Source: Schmidtea polychroa | Taxonomy: Eukaryota | Length of the DNA: 64,000 nt | Direction of reading: 5' to 3' | NCBI GenBank assembly: GCA_044892525.1 | Contig: CM097888.1 | Span: forward strand, 73,594,001 to 73,658,000 | Translations under genes and position numbers: made by a program | Notes under the pieces: model-generated | Databases searched by the model: none | The model's input: only the letters and a program-made list of their open reading frames with translations | What the model was told of the DNA's origin: nothing | Shown: in pieces, positions 48,301-60,784 of the stretch | Layout of the letters: each line of letters begins with the position of its first letter | Numbering within the stretch: position 1 is the stretch's first letter

Positions 48301-49328
48301 TAATATTAATATATTTCCATTTAAAAGATCTTAAATTTTGGAAAAAACGTCTCAAATCATCAATAATCGACCAATGGTTCATAACAATTGGTTTAATTGG
48401 GAGTCTGATCCATTGTATAGCAACCATAGAAGCTTTTGCTAACAACATAAATAGGTGGAGAATTTTTTATATAATAAGATATGCTACCGAAATACATCAG
48501 ATTATAATACAAGCAATATACATATTTATGTTTATTAATTTAGAAAATCATGGATTTTTTAAAAATAGCTTAATGGAAATTATCTGTCCCATATTTTGCT
48601 TGTTTTCGATCAATTTTGGATTTTTCGTTGGAGATTACATAACTATAGAATTAACAGAAAACCGTACTTCTTCTGAAGGATTCAGATGGCAATTACTAGA
48701 AATTGGTTTCTACCATTTTGGGAACATGTTTATGATTTTTATGCGATTTCATGCTTCTATTGTATTTGGACGGTATGTTTTCTTGAATAACAGTCTTTGA
48801 TTTTTATCAGCAATAATATTAATGATATTATAAATTCAATAAATAAACAGAACTTAGTCTTTATTGTTTACATGATGTAATAATGTGTAGAGTATGCACC
48901 ACCTCTTATTTTGTTTGAAGATCACTCCTTCCTTATAAAATGTTAAACAGTCATTGTTAGTGGAAGCAGGTTATTAATTACAAAATTTTGTTATTCTCAC
49001 TATATATAGAAAAACAGATTGATCGTAGACTTTTTAACGAGAACCTAAATTTAGTACAAAAAATCCCAGAGACCTAGAAGAGACCTAGGCTTTTTTATCG
49101 AGACCTGAATTCCATGTAAAAAAATATTAAACCCACTTATTTCATAAAAAAAGATTATCAAGAATTCACCTTTTCATCAATTTGAATTTCATTTAAACGA
49201 TTTTTCTGAATATTGAGTTTAAATTGTGTGATGATATTTTAAATATTTAAAAAACTATATAATTATTGTAGCTTATCAAAAACACAATAATTCTTACAAA
49301 GAAAAGATTTGATTAAATATAAGTAGAA

Positions 49329-49410
<82 letters not shown>

Positions 49411-52400
49411 AAAATTGGTAAATTTGAAATTAATTGAAATTAATCTATACTGGCCATCTGCACGGAATTTGCCAGGGCAGTCCCGGAATTATTATTAACC
49501 AAATTTTATGTTTTTCAGAAATAAGGAACCATCCATAAAGTATTGCTACAATACAATTATGTTTAAATTAGTAAGTCAGACCAACTTAGACCTTTATTAA
49601 TTCAAATACAAAATTTTACTAACAATAAAATTCTGAAATTTTGCTTCTTTGAACAATATCTTAATGACATATGAAAATTCAAGAACCCTTTAATTGAATT
49701 AAAATTTTTGATTTTAAAAGCTTATCAGTAAAACAAAAGCTTTGTGGAAAGACTTCTGAAGATATATTTTTAAATATAAGTTATAATTTATAAGCTGCCT
49801 TCAGTTCAAAAATTACCAAAGAACAAATACTCATCTTTAACGGAAATCAAAATTTAAATGAGCCGAAATAATTCGGTCCCTTGCTTGTACCAAATCATAG
49901 AAAGTGACGTAAAAAAATTAATTCTTATTGACTTAGTGTATCGATAGAAGTTAAACTATTTAAGATCATATGGTAAGATGATTTATCCTGCTATATATTG
50001 AGTTGATTTATTATCAGTGTTTCAAACATTTAGAGTAAAAAAGATAACTGAAACACATCAGCTACCAAAATTTAAAGTCAATTCGATTTCATCATCAAAA
50101 CAATGTGGGTATTTCATTCATTTAATCAGATATCATGTTAAATTAGTGTTTCTCATAGAATATCATGTCTGGGAAAAAAAGATAAACATCCTGGAATGAT
50201 AAATGTAGAACTGAGTTCGGTTTTGTACAAAAAGTAATCGGAGATGACTCACGAGTTTTTGCAAAATTTGTTCAACATCCTTTCTTATCAGTCACTGAGG
50301 CCGCTGAGACATCCTAGATCATACAAACTCAACAGGGCACAAATCAAGTGTTCAAGCTGGATCTTCAAGCAAGAAGGTAGGCTTCTTCTTTAAGAAGATT
50401 GAAACGTCAAAGGAGAAGCAAGTTATTGCAGCTAAAGAAGCAACAATCGCATATCACTCGGTACGACACAACTTTTCTTTTCGATCCAATGATTGTGCCG
50501 CAGGGTTGATCCGTAATCTTTATGATTCTAGGTTTACATTAGGAATAACAAAAACTGCAGCTTTAATCACTAGTTTAATTTCTCCAAAAATTGACCTCAC
50601 AACGGAGCAAGCATTAAAAGAAATAAATTTTCTGACTTTGATGACAGACACCTCAAACAACATGAACATTAAAATTCTACCAATTGTCATCCGTTTTTTT
50701 GATGTTAGGAGCGAAGTCATTTCAAAGAAGGTTGCAACAATTTCAATTTCCAATGACCAGTATGAAACGATTGCAAATAAGCTGATGACAGTCATTGATG
50801 AGAAAAGTTCAAACGAGAAAGTCATTGGATTTACGGCTGACAATACGAATTTGAATTTTGGAAATGTACTTAGAAATGGACAAAACAATAAGACAATTAA
50901 TGAGACGATTAATAAGACAATTAATTATTAATCTCTAGAACAGTGATGTGTAGTGCCTCTGACTTCCACATTAATACAAATATTAACTTAATAATTAAAC
51001 TTAAAATATATTATTAAATTAACTACATTATGCACAAAGGCTCTGTCTCCCCCCACTGCATAATTTAAAATAATATTATATAAATTTATAATTTCATTGT
51101 TAAAAAAACTACTTAAGGAGAGAGTTTCATTTTTGGAATGACTTACGAATTTTTCATTTTTCTAGAATTGTCTTTGTCACATGAAAAATTAAATATCAAG
51201 ATGCAAAGAAAAATCAATTCATTGAAGATATATAGCCATCTTAGATGTTTTAAACTACATCTTGTTTTTTTTGCTCATCACCTAGCTAAGAACAACTTGT
51301 TTCACTTCTCGAAATTAAATGCAATGGCACCAATGAAGAAAGACAATTTTAAGAGGTGAAAGACGTCTGAGTAACCTTTATCTTGAATTTCAACGAAGAT
51401 TTCAAGAATTAAGTGCTATTGAAAAATACTGTGATATTTTCAATACTCTTTTAATTTGAACTCTGAAATAATGATATCGAAATAATGATACTAGATTGAA
51501 TTGATTGAATTGCAATTAAACAGAAAATTTCTTGGTAAAAAAGGATATGAAAACCTCTTATTTTCAGTTTTTTCTGGATACTGGGCTTGTAATTACCTTG
51601 TCAGTCATGACGCAAATTCTTTAGTTTCACTCGTCATCGATTTACCGCCGTCAGTTGTTACAGAAACAAGCTTGTCAAGGGGAAAGTTATATTTTTCTAA
51701 AAATTTCCATACGACATCAATATTATTTTCACAAAAGGGATGAAGTTCAACAATTTTCCGTTTAACCTCATGTTATCACAACCACGAAAATACAGCAACT
51801 TATGCAACATTTCTTATCTTCGTATTATCACCAATCGCAATGGAAAAGAACTGGATTTTGGTAGATATTTCCTTTAGTTGTGAACTGATGTCATCTGCCA
51901 TTTTAAGACAGACGAATTCGGTAGGTTTTATCACCCATTTCTTGATTAAAGAACCATTGGTGAACGATTTTAAATTATTGCAAATAAATAGCCTATTTCA
52001 TAACTAGAATCTGTTACTGATTTACTACTTTTCATGAATTTTAAAAGCAACCATTGCTGGATATTTAAAGGATTCTTCATTGTTTTAATTTTTCTCTTAT
52101 TTTTGCTTCCCGATTCAATACTACATTATACTAAGAAAATGATACCTTTATCAATAAATTCAAAGTCAAATGCGCTATAATTAACAAATCCATATACGAT
52201 GTATAGGACAAAAATTTCCACTCATTGTAGTGATGTTTAGTCTTATAGATTCAGCAGGCACAAGCGACAATTTAAGGTTTAATAATTTTCTAAATTAAAT
52301 TAGGTTCATGTGTAGGAAGGAAAGTGTAGGTTTTAGTCGGTACCGATTCAGAATTAGCCTTTAGGGACTGATCTACACTGTTAAAAAGTAGGAATTTGAA

Positions 52401-55400
52401 CAACGTAAATAAGTCGTAAGTTTCCAGTGAGATAATGTTAATTAAAACCAAATAATGAGATAAAACACAAAAATTCGAAGGGAAATTTAAAGTGAGCTAT
52501 TATAGTTAGGAAATTGGTTCAACATAAACATGTAATCTTAGTGATAAAATCACAACTCCGCATTTTTGAAATATTTCAACCACAGCCAATATATCTAAGA
52601 TAATTTAAGTAGACATCATTCCAACTCACAACCTCGTGTCCAGTGGCATCTAAACAACCTGTTCAGAACGTAACTCCTACTGTCTCCTTTTAACCGGCCA
52701 AACCAGCACCAAAACCAACGAAAAAGGGACAACCTGAGCAAGGCCCGTCATCTCCGACGACGCATCGCTCCAGTAATCTAAGATAGCCTTTGATTTTGCG
52801 ATGTCTGTAGCAAATAAAAACAAGTATCCCATCAATTTGTCATCCATAAATTCAGACAAGGAACAATTTGTTATATACGAGCTGCTGCATTGATGATTCT
52901 TATCCATTCTTTTTCGTTGTTGAATAAATTAATTATTGCATAATTTTAGTTACTTTTGGTTTTCCCACATCCTATTCTGGCCGAAATACGTCGACGATTA
53001 TATTCTTCAGCTTCTAGGTTATGTGAAGTGCATTTAGTCCAGTTTTCAGGTGGAAGTTTCTTCTAACTTTACTCGTGATTTTGTGCCGAGCTAATTGTTA
53101 TAGAAAATGGGTAACTCTGGGTAAAGACCACCGTAATTGACGTAAGAACTATTTGTTCGTACCAAATAGTCATGATTGGCACTCGTGGGGATTGGATCAG
53201 TTTTAACCAGCAATACCCATAGATAATTTCTTTACCAATCAACCCAACCCTCGGGGTGCCAACTCAAGTTAGAATATAGCACTATCTAAGAATATTATCA
53301 GATAAAGATAAATAAAAAATTTAGTTTGTAACGTATTGCACGTTGTAATCTCAAATATATTTTTGAAAATAAATATACCAATCTAACTAATATTGGATCG
53401 CAACTCGGTTTTATAGTATTTAAAAATTCCACAATTTATCCACAAAATCGGTCCATGACAAATGAGTTTGACCTAGCATCAATCAACAACATGAATAAAA
53501 TATTCTATTGAGAAGATAGTGTTGCCAGTAAACATTCTATGGGACGTAAATTGGTATTATCCTTTTTTATTTTACACTGAATGTTTTTATTTTGTTAACT
53601 AATATTGAATATTTTTGATTGTGAATGTGATGATAGTCAATTAACATTATCACAACGTTCTTTAGACTTGCAGCTTTTATGGTGTTTGGCAGATGTATTG
53701 TTCAATTTGTATAGTTAAGTATAGACGTTGTTATTAATTGCCTTAAATAGTGGATTTATCAGACTGCACAACTAGTCTGAACATTCATTAGGATCAATAC
53801 ATGTACTACTGAATTCTTCATATTTGTCTTTGTTTATTTCTCCTTAAATAAAAAGCAACGCATAGCCTTCATAAATTGACATTGTATGTGGCTCACCATC
53901 TCCGAAATCTAAAAAAATGCTGGTATCTTCTTCATGAACCATAAAGCAACAGAACAACATACATAGCAAGAACATTGAATTTTTCAAACATTGTTTGAGT
54001 CCTTTTAACTCTGTTAACTTTGGGATTCAGTGACACTTCGTTAAAAATAACTGAATGCTCTTCTGGCGCCATTGTAAAATATATGATGCCAGATCTTTCT
54101 CATATAAACCCAGTTTGTAACAATGCCGTGTTTAATTGGATAATTCAAAGTTAAAATACCTCTCTCAGACTAAGACTCACCACCATCATAGCTACCTTTT
54201 TGACTCATATCAACCATAATACCTTGGTCGACAAAATATTTAGAGGTACAAAGCTTTTGGAGCGTCATCCCCATCAAATTCCCATCAAAATGAAAGAAAA
54301 CAGCATAATAAAGCATACCAAACAAAGTACACACACAATTACTCGTGTCTGCAACTAGTCAAAAACACGTGTGAGCACACAGACTCTAGTAGTCAGAATT
54401 AACCAGTCTTTGACAATTTACGTTATGTGCTGCATCAGTAGTAGAAATAGTAAATCATCACATAACATTATCAGACTATATTAATTTAAAGTGTTAACAA
54501 GTGAAAAAAAAATTGAAAATAATCAATCAAAGGAAATAAATTATTTCGCTGATAAATTTCATAATTTGTCACTAATTGCAATTAACGATACAATGCTCAA
54601 ATATTTATTAAAAATAAAATTTTATTTATGCATAAAATATGTACATTTATTATATCAAAAAAGTTGTACGATTCATCTATGAATTGCTGTGCACTTCTAA
54701 TATATGTAATAAAGAATAAGGACCTAATATGAAATGCCACCAAACAATTTGTATCGTTGTTGAAACACAAAGATGTCTTACATTTTTAGAAAACTACAAT
54801 AGTTTGAGACTTGTAATTATGTTACTTGCACTTAGTCGAACATTGTTTGTCTTCAATTATATTTCCTTTATGGATACAATTAATACTCGAAATACTGAGA
54901 GAATTTGCAATAACATACATTACGAATTGAAAATAATTTGTATCAATAAAATCTTATAGGTCATATAAAATTTATTATTCGATCTATGAGTTATATACTT
55001 TTTAAAATGTATATCATAATTAAAAAATAGTTAAAATACAAAATAGAACTATAGAAAAATTATGTGATATTAAGATTATAATAATGTATGCTAATCATTT
55101 TTGTTAGAAGACTTACAATATAAACTCATGTTTCCCAACATTTTTTGGATAATATCAGACCTTAACATTTAAAATAATAGTCTTTGTCTTGAAAAAAAAT
55201 TTGAATTCAAAAAGGTGAAATTATAATATTACATTTAGTATATTATAAAACATAAATTGAAACAAAATTTGTTAACAAATTCAATTATTTAATGTGCTGT
55301 TTCAGTCTAATGTTGATTGCAGTGTTTTCATTTAAGAGAATAGTTTAATAGATATTAGTCAATTTAAATCATGCCTCTGTTGGGAAACACTGATATAAGC

Positions 55401-55827
55401 TTAAACTTTAAATAAAATTTTCTTTAAAATAAAATTATACTTTAACATGAGGAAAGAGTGCTTTAATTCCATTAACTGAACCACAGTGATCATAATGCTT
55501 ATGGGTAATTAAAACAGAATCTAATATCAAATTCTTGGCTGAAAGAACCAGCTATTAATATATAAATTAACAATTTTTTTAAATGATTATTAAAGTACAG
55601 CAAACGGAGGAAAATATCCTGGATCGACAATAACACATTTTTGACTATTATTTCTCCAAATAATAAATCCATAATTATCTTTGCTATAAGCGACAATATG
55701 AACATGAAAATCATCGAAATCCATCATTAATGGGGCAGAATGACCAAGTGGAAACGACGTTTCAATTTTTTCAAGTGATCTATTGAAATACCAACGACCG
55801 AACCTGGTGTTTACATAGAACCAGTAA
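45330..55827 (-). CDS. PNKD: PNKD/MR-1-like hydroxyacylglutathione hydrolase-family gene. Exons 55827-55599, 55551-55441, 45731-45503, 45454-45330; terminal exons unresolved.
   Basis: [16 protein letters not shown]...[59 protein letters not shown]. All junctions are in-frame GT-AG, with introns of 47, 9709 and 48 nt. Confidence 0.82.
46810..47023. repeat. Perfect inverted repeat with 101-bp arms and a 12-nt loop
   Basis: 46810-46910 reads as the exact reverse complement of 46923-47023. Confidence 0.97.
47283..48800 (+). CDS. otop: Otopetrin-like multi-pass membrane protein (first ATG at 47322), single long exon nested antisense in the PNKD intron
   Basis: Many hydrophobic helices; C-terminal IFMRFHAS (family FYRFHS); QIIIQAIYI (family QxxxQTLFI); SINFGFF (family xNxxxW); QPYMIRS at the PxxIEY position. 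Confidence 0.7.
   Translation: MIYNNTNSIILFSMEPEYHIDDFLAEIKTNVINKFKILLIIKSIYVICIIYFSLGLYLTYAHIAGYLDLSQKYKIEFWYPLSISNSITNLVGICIIVSHLYVNFKYRNFIETSKSHQPEILFLIILPLFVLSIIILTLGSIKDTLSDYSDYCRMTFNFTSILFFIGILILLIEIRNGYDTGEISKVCLVKLACILYCGVGLLNYIIFNISIDQIEHFTFSINRTFKQLNGTHKYLVLNNLYSALQPYMIRSIYIVGIVSLIYMYEPLKQSYNIVENSVQYENEFGSLINTIPPKRLSKFSIAFSLIIIILIILSSIFKVICNDYNHFYHILGFLVHIISIILIYFHLKDLKFWKKRLKSSIIDQWFITIGLIGSLIHCIATIEAFANNINRWRIFYIIRYATEIHQIIIQAIYIFMFINLENHGFFKNSLMEIICPIFCLFSINFGFFVGDYITIELTENRTSSEGFRWQLLEIGFYHFGNMFMIFMRFHASIVFGRYVFLNNSL
48890..49125. repeat. Fusion of repeat block A with the internal part of the CACTAT-TIR MITE
   Basis: GTGGAAGCAGGTTATTAATTACAAA (block A) runs directly into GTAGACTTTTTAACGAGAACCTAAAT, seen at ~34640. 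Confidence 0.75.
49333..49406. repeat. (AT)n microsatellite
   Basis: Pure AT run. Confidence 0.95.
50140..50931 (+). pseudogene. hAT transposase fragment
   Basis: [54 protein letters not shown]; contains stops. Confidence 0.75.
51100..52050. pseudogene. Rearranged SPIN-like hAT fossil, with pieces on both strands
   Basis: Plus strand: [22 protein letters not shown]. Minus strand: [11 protein letters not shown]...[10 protein letters not shown]. Confidence 0.5.
53856..54285 (-). pseudogene. act: Processed actin pseudogene (5' part)
   Basis: [25 protein letters not shown]...[47 protein letters not shown]. Stops and deletions, no introns. Confidence 0.9.
55126..55392. mobile_element. Degenerate hAT-type MITE near the donor of the long PNKD intron
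   Basis: CATGTTTCCCAACA and TGTTGGGAAACACTG ends; flanks ATATAAAC and ATATAAGC (7 of 8 match). Confidence 0.5.
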
Positions 55828-56467
55828 CTTCATAGAATAAAACAATTTAATATTTAATATATTTAATATTATCAAATAATGTATTTGGTTTAATTACAAA
55901 ATTACTAGTTTAATTTAAAATTAATTTAAGAATCAATTGATTTAAAATATTTCCATATTTATTTGTTATTAATAAAATAAATACTTTAAATTATATATTC
56001 ATTAAATACTACCCAATTTTTAAAAGAAAACTGTTTCCACACGTGTCAGTCATTTAGAAATTAATTCATCTTTCCCAGCTTGTTACGAAAACTTTGTTCA
56101 GTATATTAAATTCAAAATTATAATTATCACATTATTTAAACACAGAAAAAGGAAATTTTAATGAAATCATGAAATTAATGAAATAATGAAATTAATAAAT
56201 AACTTTTTAACTGAACTAATTGAAGAAATTGGCCGACATGAAAATTTATCTTATAAAATGAAAATTTTTCCAAATATTTGAACTATTAGTATCTAAGACT
56301 AGCAATTTAGAAATTTTTAACCAACTTTCATCAGTTAGAGTGAGACAGAATTTTCATTGGATATTTAGTTGCACAATTCAGTAAAAATTGATTTGATTTA
56401 GATATTATTTTTTTTTGTTTGTGTAATGTTAATGTTTTCAAAATATTAATTTTCAAATTTATCATAG

Positions 56468-57204
56468 TGTTGGTTCAACAAGAGAGGCACAAAAATGAGG
56501 TGAAAATTGACAAAAACACCAAATTCAAAATAAAAATTTAAAGTACAAAATATTAATTAAAAATCAAAATTTTAAAAAATGAATATTTTCTGGGGGAAAC
56601 TGGTATGAGCGGATGCTAAATAATGAGACGAGTTCAGCTATAATAAAATAAAATCAATGGGGGGTCCCTAAAAGGAATAAATTACAAAAAACAAAAATTA
56701 ATTAACTAATGGAAAACCCGAGCTAATGGGAAACCCGAGACAATGGAAAACCCGAGCGAATTGAGAAATCCAATTTTGGGAAGGCAATTAATTTAGCCGG
56801 ATAAAATAAAAGTAGTAAGAGCCGTCAAAGAAAACGAGCCAATTCCCTTAAATTGAATTAGACCTCCAAGAGGAAGCCCGGGGGAAATAAGACCAAAAAT
56901 AATTGGCAAAAATAAAGTCAATTACCAAGTGGGTATAAAAGCAACTGGCAAGAAAACAAAACGGCCAGTTGGTCGAAGAAAATAAAGTCGAAGTAACGAG
57001 AGCGAAAAAGGAAATATTAAAGTTGAGATAAGTGAAAAGTGCAGATAAACCGGATTGTGTCAAGTGTAAGTAAACTAATAAAAGTGTAAAAGTGTAACTG
57101 CATCAGTGTTAATAAAGATTTTGTGTTGGGTTATTTATTTATTTATTTGGAAAAGAACACAAATGAGTCAGACCGTAGTACCGACTTACATTAAAAACCC
57201 AACA
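56468..57204. mobile_element. Solo LTR, 737 bp
   Basis: TGTTGG...CCAACA termini; 4-bp TSD ATAG; internal AATAAA; three 17-bp tandem units ATGG(A/G)AAACCCGAG... at ~56709-56759. Confidence 0.8.
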
Positions 57205-60200
57205 ATAGTTGCAGCTGAGAATTAAATATTTCAATGATTTATTAAAATAATTTTAAATGATAAATAATTGACTATTTAAAAGAATTTTTAAAAACATTTC
57301 TAAATTGAATTTTTTGAATTTAAATTTTTAAATAAAAAAATTTAACAAGCTTTTATTAGTAAATCATTTTTAAATAAATATATTTTAAATATCAAAATTT
57401 AATAAATGGTTTGGAAAATATTTTATTCAACGCTGAAAATTTGTTTGGAAATTATACAATATTTCATTAAATAAATACTTGGAATTATGAGATTAACTTT
57501 TGAACAGGATTTAAAAAATAATTTAGAAGATGTGTTAGCAGCTTCTAATAGTCCCAATAATAATTTAAAATTTGTATTGATGTTGTTTTGTTTGGACAAT
57601 GAGACGCAGTTTGTGTGGTCACGATGTGGGAATACAACATGGGTCTCTGCTTCTGGTCGCACAGGGTGTATTTTGATTGTCCCGATAAATGTGCAGCACC
57701 TGAAATCTATTTCTGGTAAAATTTCAGTGAAAATTTAATAAATCGAATAATTTTAATTTATATAGAAATTTATATGGTTAAATAATGGGGAAATGCTTGG
57801 CAGGTGACAATAGACAGAAAATATCCACAATAGCTAATATAGACTATCTAGATATGAGAATCGACAATAACATGAGAAAATGTATGTCAATCTTAAGGTG
57901 TGTAGAGCTCAATCCATCAGATCACAAATAAATTAAGAAAATCAATTTCTTTACCTCAATCGAACTAAAAAAATCAAAAAATGCAGAGCCTTATTCAGTA
58001 AAGTGTCAAAATAATTTATCATTATATATAAGGTATATCGAATCTACAAGTCCAAATGAGCATTATTATTATTCAACTAGTTAATAATTATCCAAAATGC
58101 TATTTTGTTATTTCGATTATCGACCCAAGGTGGCTCATTATTTCGGTGCCATCACATCTTGTTTACCATTCTTATCATTCAAATAGTATTGACAGTCACA
58201 CCAGATTCGCGATCCTTGAGATGGCCATGATTTTTTCGAGTCATTTCGAGTGGTAGAAACAATATTTTCTTATAAATTTGCGGTTTACCTAAACTCTAAG
58301 AGCAATCATTTTTATCAGTGATTATTATCAGTATTACTAAAATTATTATTATTAGTACTACTACTAGCAATTTAATTATTACTAATACTCGTATTGTTAT
58401 TGGGATTGTTATCATTATTATTATCAGTCTTTATTTTTTTCAGCATGCTAAAATTTCATCATTACCATGAGTCTCATCATCAATGCCTTATGCTTATCGT
58501 TATTTTTTATCATTACTATCACCTTAAGCATAAGTGCGTTTGACTAGCCTGTCTCTCTTTGGCATGGATTTTCAATATCAAGGAGAGTCGATATGGAAAG
58601 TGTTATCAGGACGTTATTTTCCCCAGCTCAAATAAAGGTTGTGTAGAAGAACGTTCTTGGGTTGGAACGATGTCGTGACGGACTGATTACTGAAAGTTGA
58701 GCTCAACAAAGCCTAATTCAGGAACAAATCCAAGCACTGCATCAAGTATATACCCAGGCGGAATTATACATTGGGATACTGCAACTGCATTGGCCCACTT
58801 AGCTAACTTCATTACCGCGCCAACTACACCTGTTATCGTCCTAGTGGTCGCTCCACCTGATCCTTTCGGTTGGCAAAAACCCACTCGAACCCCCAATCAT
58901 AAATCTTAATGCTGAACCTACCCAATTTCCTGCTTCAGTAAAGGCATCAAAACGGAAGAATCTTAGATGGTCTTAAAGGAATTTTAAGTAGAGAATATGC
59001 GAGGAAGTCACCACCTCGGAACGACTTCATGTTCTCATCCTCGAAACTATGCTGGAGTTTGAAGATATTGGGTCTTGCATCTCACGTCGATCTGAACGAC
59101 AAAATTTTTTTTGACTTCGATGATATTGAAATTATAAATAAGCGTTCAAAATGCATTACGAATGAAATATAAACAAGATAAATGTAAAATGTCTTAGAGA
59201 CAGTTATAGCTTTAGAATAACATCGTTTTTTTAAAAAACCAGATTACTTACTTTTGTCAATTTTGACAACAATTGTACGATAATAAGAATAATAGAAACA
59301 TTTAAAATATATTTATCAACTGATACAATATAGCTTTGGATATTTGAAAAGCGATCATCGCAATCTGATGTAGGAGTTTGGTTTCGTATTTCTTCCATTT
59401 CCACGACTTAGATTGGCAAAAGCATGCAATCGACCATAACTGATTAGTAAATCGGTTCATAGGGAAAACTTTCACGAATTAAACTCGATATTGGTCCAAA
59501 ACAATGATTTAGACTTCTTTTTCAAACTTGAAATGCGAACTGATGTTTCCATTAATTGAACTTCGAACACTAATAACACAAAAATATATGAAGAAAGAGA
59601 TTGATGTTGATGCAATTATACATTCGATGTTGAAGTGAATCGGTACGATGTTCCATAAATTGTTACGATCCTATATTTTTGAATACATTTTTAATTTTCT
59701 TTTGATTATTTAAAAAAAACAAGGTGTTCAGAATACGATAATATATAAACAACTTACTTTTTGTTTATTTCATCAATAATTTATTTGTTATTTTAATTCA
59801 AATAATTAAAAAACTTATTAAGTTAAATAAAATTAAATGTGCATGTTTCAGGCATTACACTCTTGAAAGCTAACTTCCTCACATAGCTCGGTTAAATAAA
59901 AATATTTCTTTATATATTTTTTTCATCTATTTTTTAATCCGTAACGATTTTTACGATTAAAACTCTTGTATAAATTTTAGGTTTTATTACTTTCGAATTA
60001 AACATCTTTTAAATTTTCATAAAACTCGCCAACGGATTTTTAACTAGCAACCAGAACTATTTGGGTGTTCTCAGCCATCAGTGGATTTTATCCCTATAGA
60101 TGCGTTAAAATGAAATTAAGGAAATAGTCACGAAATTTTATAGTTAAAAATATAATTTTATATATTTCAATAAATTATTTTATAAGAAAAAAACTCCAAA

Positions 60201-60443
60201 TATTTTTTTTGGAACTTTTTCATTTAGAAGAAATATATTTCTATTTTGTTATATTTGCCAAATCTTTTACGTTTGTTTTATTATATAAATTTTTCAATTT
60301 TTCAATTGGTTCTTCTATATTTAATTATTATATTTTTATTCAATTTTACTTATTAGATAATCTGATAGCATTTATTTTATAACAGATTATATCGTGTTTA
60401 TTTATATTTTTGAACGTTTTATTAGTTATATTTTATGTTTTAA

Positions 60444-60784
60444 ATGGAGTTAATTAAAGTGTGTGATGTTGAACCAATATTTTTACCATCAAATGATGAT
60501 ATGATAAGATTAATGAACCCTTTACTGTTGGTTTCAAAAGAAACTTCAAGAAAAGAAAAACGACCTATCATTTCAATAACTAAACCTCCTGTTATTCACA
60601 ATGCGTTTGGACGAGGTGTTCGAAAATCAATAAAACTCAATTGGTAATATTTTTAGTAAATAAATTATTATTCAATTTCTTTAGTCCTGGTGAAATAGAA
60701 TTCTCTAAAATTTTAGAAAAAAGTGACGATAAACTAAGTTTCGCTGAGGATGAAATCTCAAACGATATTATAATTTCACCTTAG
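60444..60784 (+). CDS. Small two-exon host ORF of unknown function (~100 aa; exons 60444-60643 and 60685-60784)
   Basis: A 41-nt GT-AG intron at 60644-60684 removes the stop and extends the frame (…KLNCPGEIEFSK…ISP*). Confidence 0.5.

Noticed and set aside
52979-52996. GGCCGAAATACGTC, resembling a hammerhead 3' half
   Set aside because: No CUGANGA box or stem II partner upstream on the same strand.
57487-57738. 83-aa plus-strand ORF and other short ORFs at 12500-13460, 42141-42930, 52677-52907 and 61000-62365
   Set aside because: Some may be real host exons, but I recognise no domain and cannot build consistent spliced models.
58500-59100. Possible CR1/L2 RT fragment (DWGFEWVFANRK...)
   Set aside because: Only vague similarity, many stops and no YADD-type motif; cannot be supported without a profile search.
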